From a virus: DNA of 64,000 bases. The notes beneath the pieces were generated by a model. The model did no database searches, was not told where the DNA came from, and worked only from the letters and a program-made list of their open reading frames with translations. Location of the stretch: IMG/VR virus record IMGVR_UViG_3300042905_004067; one strand, 5' to 3'. The position numbers and the translations under genes are program-made. Shown piece by piece: positions 56,958-64,000 of the stretch; position 1 is the first letter of the stretch, and every line of letters starts with the position of its first letter.

Positions 56958-58081
56958 TTAATTGACCTAAGAATAAGAGTATGTGAATTAATTCTTCCCT
57001 TTGGAGTCGTTTCTTTGGTCTTTATGCTGCTCCAAAGATTATTTATAGCACGAACCCCATCTTTCTTAATAGACTTAATAAATTCATTTGGCTTTCTTAT
57101 TGTTTTCTCTTTTGATTGAACAATATCAAAACCAATAATTGATGATCCTTTTACAGTAATTCCACCATTAGAAGGATCAGTAATAAACATTGAAGCCTTT
57201 TTGGTTTTAACATTATAGGTATAAACAGTAGAAGCACCAATAATTTGTTCTGGAGAAATAGACTCGGCGCCAGTACTTGTATCCTTAACAAGATACTTAA
57301 GTTTTTTGACAATTTGTTCTGGCTTTTTCTTCTTCTTCTTTCTTGGTTTCCTATTCGTCTTCAAAATAGATTGACGCAACTTTAAGTAATCACAAATCAT
57401 CTTATTGAAGTCATAGAACTTTCTTAGTTTTGCTTTGGTAAAATAACTATACCCCTCCATGAGATCTTTATTTTCTCCAAGAAGGCAAAGCCTAAGTTCT
57501 TCTGTTCGTGATTCGAATGTTTGTAGCATAAATTCACAGTGCATTCCACTCGGCTGAACAGATGTAAGCCAATCTTCAATACTGAACTGTTTATAGTTTG
57601 GAACATTTCCACGAAGATATTCCATATACTCATCAATTGCTTCTTCAAGTTCTGATGCTAGTTCACAAGATTGATTTCTAACACGATCACGAACTGAGAT
57701 GGTTTCTTCTGGTTTTTCATCTACTGAGAGAAGTTTGCCGCGCTCAATTAAAGACCTAATTGCATCATCAACTTTTTGCTGAAACATTGGAGGAAGAACA
57801 CAGCCTTTATTTGCTGCTTGGCATTTACCGCCAATCATTCGAAACTCAAATGCATCAGTTCCGGCCTTTTTAATAAACTCCCTATCCTTGATCTTCAGCC
57901 GATCAGCATATTCACAAACTGCTTGCCTATAATCTCTGTCACTATAGCGAACATTATACCAATTTGCTGCAAGAGCAATAGACCATGCTACCTTTTCGAT
58001 ATCATCAAAGTCTTCTTTGGTCCAATTCTTCCAGTTCGGTTCTTTTCCGTAAAAAATGTCTTCGACGTTTTGCTTTATCAT
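56954..58081 (-). CDS. Conserved hypothetical protein of T4-like phages
   Basis: RKPRKKK...VKKLKY, SISP..IIGA, KGSSIIGFD, KTIRKP, GRIN..TLILR. ATG 58081 overlaps the upstream stop. Confidence 0.7.
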   Translation of the reverse strand: MIKQNVEDIFYGKEPNWKNWTKEDFDDIEKVAWSIALAANWYNVRYSDRDYRQAVCEYADRLKIKDREFIKKAGTDAFEFRMIGGKCQAANKGCVLPPMFQQKVDDAIRSLIERGKLLSVDEKPEETISVRDRVRNQSCELASELEEAIDEYMEYLRGNVPNYKQFSIEDWLTSVQPSGMHCEFMLQTFESRTEELRLCLLGENKDLMEGYSYFTKAKLRKFYDFNKMICDYLKLRQSILKTNRKPRKKKKKKPEQIVKKLKYLVKDTSTGAESISPEQIIGASTVYTYNVKTKKASMFITDPSNGGITVKGSSIIGFDIVQSKEKTIRKPNEFIKSIKKDGVRAINNLWSSIKTKETTPKGRINSHTLILRSIK

Positions 58082-59655
58082 GGTTTGTAGAATATAAAGA
58101 TCGGTTCGTATTTTACATAAGTACCGTCTACTTTGCAATAGTTTTTACACTTTGGAACACCATTTTCATCCAAACGATTCTGCCCAGGCATAGATTCTAG
58201 AGCCATTTTTAATACGCCCTTATATTCCATACCTAAACTCTCAAGAATAGTTTTTGAATCTTTTTCTAAAGGCAAATACTCATCTGCGATTAATAAATCT
58301 GCAATATTCCATAATAGATATCTGTCATTTTTTAAATACTCAACACAAGTTTCTAAAGTTGGCTTTAAGAAACCATCTCTCCACGATTCATATGTACTAA
58401 ACTTTTTGTAAGACTGCTCTGGATCTTCTGAATATGCCTCTCTATTAAAATAAGGAGGTGAGGTAAAAACCAAATCCAATTTACCCTTGTATTTTTGAAA
58501 ACTTGGATTGTGTTGTATTACTTCTGATCCTTCACAGAAAACTTCATATGTGTTTGTGTGGCTGAAGAATGGATTATTTCTGTACGTTTTCTTGTTAAAA
58601 AAGTCAGCCAATTTACTATATCTTGACCCCTCCGATAAATGATTATCGGTGTTAGGATCAGTACCAATATAGTGCAAAACACGATCATCCCTAACAGCCA
58701 TAGCACCCAAAATCCTACCTCCCCAACCACTCGAAGGATCATAAATGTGTAACGTTTCATTTGTTTTGACATGATTTGTAAATCTTTCATAAAGATACTT
58801 TGCGGTTAATGGAGGGAAGTTAACTGCGACTTGAATATAGCCAATACGAAATGAGGCAAATCCAGCAGGAAAAACTTTTTCTCCTTTTTTGTAAATACGA
58901 ATTGAATACACTCTGTCGTCTTTTAAATTTTCCGAATCAAATGTGGAATAGTGCCTATATGACATTTTTGGTTTCCATGTTTGAAACTGATCTTTTGTGA
59001 TCTGTAATATGTCACTCTGTTGTATTTGAAAATAACCACTATTCAATCCTTCACGGACTTTAACTTCCTCCAGCATAAAATCATATCCTTCAAAGATTGA
59101 AGGATTGCTAAAGAATGCATCCAACCACTCTTCACCAGTTTCAACATCTACAATTGCATATTTGGTGCTATGCTTTATGGCAGATAGTGCATGGCGATAA
59201 AAAGAGTCGCGGCGAAGATGCCGCATAGCACCACGGACAACACGATCTTGTAAAGTGTCATCCGCGAACAAGTCATAAATTGAATATCCATTATCTTTCT
59301 CCGTATAGTTAATTCTAGTTTTCATCATATTTGAAAACCATTGATCCGCCTCTCCACCAATTCTTGCTTTATTGATGATAACATCATCTATAGTTCCATC
59401 AGAATTCAATTGATCGGTGTGCGTAAACTGATTAACAGGATAATTAGTCATCTTGTTAAATTGATCAATTATATCTGATTCATTTTTACCAGTTCGTGGT
59501 GGGCAGCCATAAGTATCCCATGAATGTAATATTTCCTTACGCATGTCTTTAACCCAATCAGTAAACTCTGTTGGTGTCATGCTAAGTAATTCTTCAAAGA
59601 GCACATTTACTTTTGAATTAATTACATATTCATTTCGTTCATAAAACTCGTTCAT
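58078..59655 (-). CDS. Amino-DNA methyltransferase (N4-C/N6-A type) with a long N-terminal extension
   Basis: YDPSSGWGGR (SAM-binding), GTDPN, FTSPPYF catalytic motif. Confidence 0.8.
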   Translation of the reverse strand: MNEFYERNEYVINSKVNVLFEELLSMTPTEFTDWVKDMRKEILHSWDTYGCPPRTGKNESDIIDQFNKMTNYPVNQFTHTDQLNSDGTIDDVIINKARIGGEADQWFSNMMKTRINYTEKDNGYSIYDLFADDTLQDRVVRGAMRHLRRDSFYRHALSAIKHSTKYAIVDVETGEEWLDAFFSNPSIFEGYDFMLEEVKVREGLNSGYFQIQQSDILQITKDQFQTWKPKMSYRHYSTFDSENLKDDRVYSIRIYKKGEKVFPAGFASFRIGYIQVAVNFPPLTAKYLYERFTNHVKTNETLHIYDPSSGWGGRILGAMAVRDDRVLHYIGTDPNTDNHLSEGSRYSKLADFFNKKTYRNNPFFSHTNTYEVFCEGSEVIQHNPSFQKYKGKLDLVFTSPPYFNREAYSEDPEQSYKKFSTYESWRDGFLKPTLETCVEYLKNDRYLLWNIADLLIADEYLPLEKDSKTILESLGMEYKGVLKMALESMPGQNRLDENGVPKCKNYCKVDGTYVKYEPIFIFYKP

Positions 59656-60425
59656 GCGCCCACATTCCAAAACAGTGTAGTTTTATTTAAATTTGTGTTT
59701 TTATGTTTCATTATAAATTCCCATGCCTTTGCATCATATGTTGGTGCAGATGGAAATGGTGGTAAAATGTTTGTTGGTTTATTAAATGGTATATTGCAAT
59801 TATAAACCTTTGCTCTACCGTAGTTTCCTTTATGCCCAACACTTACCACATTAAAGTTTGCAGTTGGCCACGCAAGTTGTAGTCCTCTGGTTAGAGTCCC
59901 GCTAGATCCAACACTCCAAACTTCATCTGGAATCATGCCAATATTATAACGAGCAACTTTAACAATACAAGCCAAAACGTCAACATGATCTCCACCAATA
60001 GGAATTAAAACTCTATTAATAGGATCTTCTTTCACATAATCTTTTGCTCTTTTTTCTGTAACACTCAGCATTCCATTAGGAACCCACCGCATATCGGCAC
60101 CAGAAGCAATTGCTTCCTGTTGATAAGGATGTAATTTATTCATATCTCGTTGAGCCATAAAAATTACTGCCTTTTTTCCATATCTTGCGGCTGCTTTTGC
60201 AAAACTAATTTGTGCATAACCAGTTGCAGGGGAACTACCATAAACGAATTCTTTGTATGGCCAAGTTTTTATCATATAATCAATAAAACGCAGTTTGGAA
60301 CCACCCCCTAGAAGATCATCACGCACAACAAAAATATTATTGTGTTCAGTAATAATAGGAAGTGGGTTTGGATCTTCCCATTCTTCTACAATTTTTAAAA
60401 AATCTTCTGGTGTTGATAATATCAT
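59652..60425 (-). CDS. PLP-dependent fold-type II enzyme (ACC deaminase/TrpB-like; phage DNA-modification-associated type)
   Basis: VVRDDLLGGGSKLR (PLP Lys), GSSGTL phosphate loop, YDAKAW, LFWNVG. Confidence 0.75.
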   Translation of the reverse strand: MILSTPEDFLKIVEEWEDPNPLPIITEHNNIFVVRDDLLGGGSKLRFIDYMIKTWPYKEFVYGSSPATGYAQISFAKAAARYGKKAVIFMAQRDMNKLHPYQQEAIASGADMRWVPNGMLSVTEKRAKDYVKEDPINRVLIPIGGDHVDVLACIVKVARYNIGMIPDEVWSVGSSGTLTRGLQLAWPTANFNVVSVGHKGNYGRAKVYNCNIPFNKPTNILPPFPSAPTYDAKAWEFIMKHKNTNLNKTTLFWNVGA

Positions 60426-62143
60426 ACAAAGTTAAGTTTACTAAAATTTTTCTTCTTTTCAAGAGTAATAATAGTAGAGAACTTATCTGCCAAAGAATCT
60501 GCTCTATGTGAAATTACAAATATATTTGTTTTTGAATCAAGACCAGTCAATAGTTTCATAAATTCTTCTGCGCCAACAGAATCAAGAGAAGAATCAAATA
60601 CTTCATCTAGAATAAGCAAATTACAATTTGCACTATTCTTTACACGCGCTACTTCACGCCATGCCAATAGCAGAGACAAATCAATACGCATTTTTTCACC
60701 TTCGCTAAAACTCATGTAACTAAATGTGTCTCGGTTTCTGCTTTTAATAGTTTCGTTAAACTCTTCATCTAAATTAAATTGGGCAAAGAAATCCATAGCA
60801 GTTAAGAATTTATTCACCGTCTTGTTGATAATTGGTAAATAGTTTTTAATTATTTTTCCTTTAATACCAGAATCGCGTAATAAAATAGAACCAATTTCCA
60901 TACAACGAAGATTCTCTTGTAATTTAATTCGTTCTTCTTTAATTTTTTCTATTTTGTTTTCAAGTTGTTCTAAATCTTTTGTTTCCGCATCAATTTCAAT
61001 ATTATCACCGGAAGACTGCTCTAGTTCTTTAGTTAAAGACTTTAAATTACTCATTAAATTATCATGAGAGATATTTAATTGGGCAATAGAAAGTTTATAA
61101 TCTCCAATTTCATTTTGAATTTTTTCAAAAATTTCTAACTGGTTTTCGGATTCCGTTAATTTATTTTCAATTTCATTAACTGCTTTTGTGTATTCTTCAA
61201 TTTTTGTTGTCTTAGAACTAGTTTGTTCTTTCTTAAACTCATCAGTAATTTTTTGTTTACACACAGGACAATTATCATTGTCATGATAAAATTCAATTTC
61301 TTTATTGCAATTATCATGATTTTGTTGAATTTGAGTTTTAAGTTTTTCTAAAGTCTTTATTGAGTTTTCTATTTTAACTTTTGCCTTAATATCAAAAGAA
61401 ATAGAAGACAGTTTTAATTCTTGTTCTTTCTTTTTAACAACTATTGTTTCTATTGAAGAATTTAGTTCCTTTATTTTTTCTTTAATTTTGTCTTGTGATT
61501 CATTGCTTCTGTTCTTTAGACTTTGAATGAACTTTTTCTTTAGTTGTAATTTTTCGCTCTGAAGATTTAATTCTGAATCACAACCCTGCAAAATTGCCTT
61601 AGTTTCTGTTATTCTAGATTTCAACAAACTATTCATTGTTGTAAAAACATTAATATCAAGAATATCTTCAATTACTGCTCTCCTGTCAGCAGCAGGAAGT
61701 TGCATGAATGGAACAAAAGAAGAACTTCCAAGTATTACTACTTGTGTAAATGACTTGTAATTCATTCGAATGATCTGTTCTTCAAAGTATTGTTGATAAT
61801 CTTTATTTTTGGCGTCTTGATTCAACAAATCGCCATTTTTAAATATTTCAAAAATTTTTGGAGAAAGACCTCGACGGATCAGATATTTATCTGACCCTAT
61901 TTCAAAATCCAATTCAACCAAACAATCTTTTTTGTTAATGGTATTGACTAGTTGTGGTATGTTTATTTTTCTAAATGGTTTACCAAACAAAGCAAAGGTT
62001 ATAGAATCCAAAAAGGCAAATGATTTACCATTTCCGTTAGAACCAGATACTAATGTATTTTTTCTAGAATCTAAATGAAGTTCAGTAAATGTGTTCCCAA
62101 ATGATCCAAAATTTTTAAAACGAATCTTTTTGAATATGATCAT
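60422..62143 (-). CDS. gp46: Recombination endonuclease ATPase subunit (gp46, SbcC/Rad50-like)
   Basis: GSNGNGKS, CPVC zinc hook, FSEGEKMRIDL, ILDEVFDSSLD, ISH. Confidence 0.95.
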   Translation of the reverse strand: MIIFKKIRFKNFGSFGNTFTELHLDSRKNTLVSGSNGNGKSFAFLDSITFALFGKPFRKINIPQLVNTINKKDCLVELDFEIGSDKYLIRRGLSPKIFEIFKNGDLLNQDAKNKDYQQYFEEQIIRMNYKSFTQVVILGSSSFVPFMQLPAADRRAVIEDILDINVFTTMNSLLKSRITETKAILQGCDSELNLQSEKLQLKKKFIQSLKNRSNESQDKIKEKIKELNSSIETIVVKKKEQELKLSSISFDIKAKVKIENSIKTLEKLKTQIQQNHDNCNKEIEFYHDNDNCPVCKQKITDEFKKEQTSSKTTKIEEYTKAVNEIENKLTESENQLEIFEKIQNEIGDYKLSIAQLNISHDNLMSNLKSLTKELEQSSGDNIEIDAETKDLEQLENKIEKIKEERIKLQENLRCMEIGSILLRDSGIKGKIIKNYLPIINKTVNKFLTAMDFFAQFNLDEEFNETIKSRNRDTFSYMSFSEGEKMRIDLSLLLAWREVARVKNSANCNLLILDEVFDSSLDSVGAEEFMKLLTGLDSKTNIFVISHRADSLADKFSTIITLEKKKNFSKLNFV

Positions 62144-63186
62144 ACAGAAAGACTTTCAATATAAAGTTCATGAATTAGAGATTTAATTTTACCTTTATCT
62201 TCTGTTATTTCAAGTTTATCAATCTCTTCATTAATGATACTCATAGTGTCCTGAGCAACATCAACCGTGTCTGAGGATGTCTCTATCGCCTCTTCAACGA
62301 TGTTTAAATTTATAACACCACCATGCACCATTCTATCTACCCATTGATCAAACTTAACGGCATTTGTTTTCTTTGAAACAAGAACCTTCACATAAGAATT
62401 CTTATAGTAAGAAAAATCATCACCTAGTGGATCATTAGATAAGTTAGAATCATCATAAACAATGATATGATACATTCGCTCTGGGTTTTCAATGAATTCT
62501 AGTTCTCTAGTATCAGTATCAAACACATGAAACCCTTTAGTTAGTCTGGCATCAGAAAAAGTAATTTGATATTGAGTTCCTAGATAATGAACATTTTTCT
62601 TGGAATTCTTCCCGTGAAAATGCCCAGATAAAACCATATCGTAGCAGGACAAAATAGAATCATCCATTCCGCCTTCAAAATTTATACCTTGTATTACTTC
62701 ATATCCATTTAATTCAAAATGCCCGCAAATTATAGATGCAGGACAAGATTTAATAAATTTATGAAATATTTGTTCATTTTCTTTATTGATCCACGGGACT
62801 AATGCTATTTTTAATCCACCAAATTCCATAATAGTTGGTTCTTCATATAGATGAAGATATTTGTATTTGTTATGAAACAGTTCGCGGATAGAGTTTACAT
62901 GATTTGTATTTTTGTAAAAAGTATCGTGATTGCCTAAAATACAATGAAGTTCTACATTATTATTTTCAAACCACTCAATGAATCGTTTTCTAACTTCGGC
63001 TAATGTTTGAAAATTTACAAACTTCCGACGATCCATAAGGTCACCCAAATGGAGTACTTTTGTAATATTATTTTGTTTGCAATAAGGAAAGAATTGTTTC
63101 TCAAAAAATGACATAAAGTACTCTAGAAACAATGGTGAATCATTTCGAGCACCAAAATGAGTGTCATTTATAATCGCTATTTTCAT
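62140..63186 (-). CDS. gp47: Recombination endonuclease nuclease subunit (gp47, SbcD/Mre11-like)
   Basis: DTHFG, GDLMDRR, GNHD, GHFE, SGHFH. Confidence 0.95.
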   Translation of the reverse strand: MKIAIINDTHFGARNDSPLFLEYFMSFFEKQFFPYCKQNNITKVLHLGDLMDRRKFVNFQTLAEVRKRFIEWFENNNVELHCILGNHDTFYKNTNHVNSIRELFHNKYKYLHLYEEPTIMEFGGLKIALVPWINKENEQIFHKFIKSCPASIICGHFELNGYEVIQGINFEGGMDDSILSCYDMVLSGHFHGKNSKKNVHYLGTQYQITFSDARLTKGFHVFDTDTRELEFIENPERMYHIIVYDDSNLSNDPLGDDFSYYKNSYVKVLVSKKTNAVKFDQWVDRMVHGGVINLNIVEEAIETSSDTVDVAQDTMSIINEEIDKLEITEDKGKIKSLIHELYIESLSV

Positions 63187-63743
63187 TTTCGCTTTTTCTT
63201 TTTCTTTTTAGGTTCAAACTTCTTTATATCATTTTCTGATATTTGAAAATGTTCTGTTAATGCCTCTTGTACAGTATCTTTTTCAAAATAATTTTCTTTG
63301 AACCATTTATGAAATGAACCATCATCCATTAATTCTGTCATCTTTAATTTAATATAAGCCTGTTTTTTTTCTTTTTCTATTCGTCTTAAAAAAGCATAAT
63401 ATATGATTTGTGTAAAATACGAAAATGGATTTTTTGATTTTTCTGGATTGAAATTATGTGCATACATTAGGCAATTTTCAATACCATCAGATATCATTTC
63501 TTCTTTATAAGGGTAATTTACAAAGTTGCCTTTTCTTGCAAGATGTTCGGCAATGTTCATAAAACACATTCCTATGTACTCAGTTACCGGAGGACGTTTT
63601 TCGTCGGAGTTTTCTGCCTCCTCGCATAGTTGCTTCCATACAACCATTTCATTGTAGAACAACTTATTGTCTATGTAATGATCTTTTGTTTCTTCTATTA
63701 CTATAGACTCTTCTTTTTTCTTCTTCTTTTTCTTTTTAGCCAT
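63183..63743 (-). CDS. gp55: Late transcription sigma factor (gp55)
   Basis: HYIDNK, YIG.CF..IA, NF.NY.YKEEMISDGIENC, NPFSYFTQI.YYAFLRRI.KEK. Confidence 0.93.
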   Translation of the reverse strand: MAKKKKKKKKEESIVIEETKDHYIDNKLFYNEMVVWKQLCEEAENSDEKRPPVTEYIGMCFMNIAEHLARKGNFVNYPYKEEMISDGIENCLMYAHNFNPEKSKNPFSYFTQIIYYAFLRRIEKEKKQAYIKLKMTELMDDGSFHKWFKENYFEKDTVQEALTEHFQISENDIKKFEPKKKKKKRK

Positions 63744-63764
63744 TATGAAAACTCCTACGGAGAT

Positions 63765-63791
63765 ATTATATACAATTCAAAATAAAATCAA
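63765..63791 (-). promoter_or_regulatory. Sigma70-like promoter for gp55-gp47-gp46
   Basis: TTGATT, 15 nt, TATAAT, then an AGGAG SD before ATG 63743; the -35 overlaps an AAATCAAG/CTTGATTT inverted repeat. Confidence 0.45.
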
Positions 63792-63882
63792 GAAAAATCA
63801 CTTGATTTCTCTTGACAGAATCATTACACTTTCTGTGTCAGGTATGGGAAAAGGACTATAGTAATAATATAGTATATAAGTA

Positions 63883-64000
63883 TTACTTATACTCATCTGA
63901 ATCCGGATCAGGATTCCAATCAGTCCATTTATTTCCAAAATCTTTTCTTTCGGTTTCGTCCCCAGTGAATTTTTGATCATTAATAGATTCACGCTTATTT
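63883..64000 (-). CDS. C-terminal end of an upstream hypothetical gene (partial)
   Basis: Frame open from the window edge: NKRESINDQKFTGDETERKDFGNKWTDWNPDPDSDEYK, with TAA at 63883-63885. Confidence 0.6.
   Translation of the reverse strand, partial: NKRESINDQKFTGDETERKDFGNKWTDWNPDPDSDEYK

Noticed and set aside
63798-63992. 64-aa ORF from the track
   Set aside because: A different frame (ending at TAA 63883) gives a more protein-like C-terminus running off the window, and the listed ORF runs through a likely regulatory region.
1-64000. Alternative genetic code (stop-codon reassignment)
   Set aside because: Core genes are full length under the standard code, and coding density is high.

Overview
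64 kb of an AT-rich, T4-like (Tevenvirinae/Kyanoviridae-type gene set) dsDNA phage genome; the host cannot be determined from this window. 1-10.4 kb (+ strand) is a late/virion-associated block. It holds a PD-(D/E)xK exonuclease; Lys-rich multidomain proteins punctuated by (L/I/V/M)xE prohead-protease-type sites that carry cytidylyltransferase-like, nuclease-like, HNH, HAD-phosphatase and ligase-like domains; and holin-like and u-spanin-like membrane proteins. 10.66-64 kb (- strand) is the T4-type replication/recombination module (gp55, gp47, gp46, rnh, gp45, gp44, gp62, regA, gp43, uvsX, gp41, gp61, thyX, nrdJ, dcm, RuvC-like). Between regA and gp43 it is interrupted by a ~30 kb island made of a ~17 kb glycan biosynthesis/glycosyltransferase cluster plus repeat-rich fibre/collagen genes. 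The most striking signal is at the junction of the two convergent blocks (10429-10662). A perfect T4 late promoter (TATAAATA, - strand) points into an ORF-free, highly base-paired ~190-nt element that contains an exact 19-nt copy of the 3' end of bacterial 16S rRNA, including the anti-Shine-Dalgarno (CGGCUGGAUCACCUCCUUU). It is a candidate phage-encoded rRNA-tail mimic RNA, located next to putative RNA-repair enzymes and apparently leaderless late genes. All protein calls come from motif recognition by eye, not database searches.
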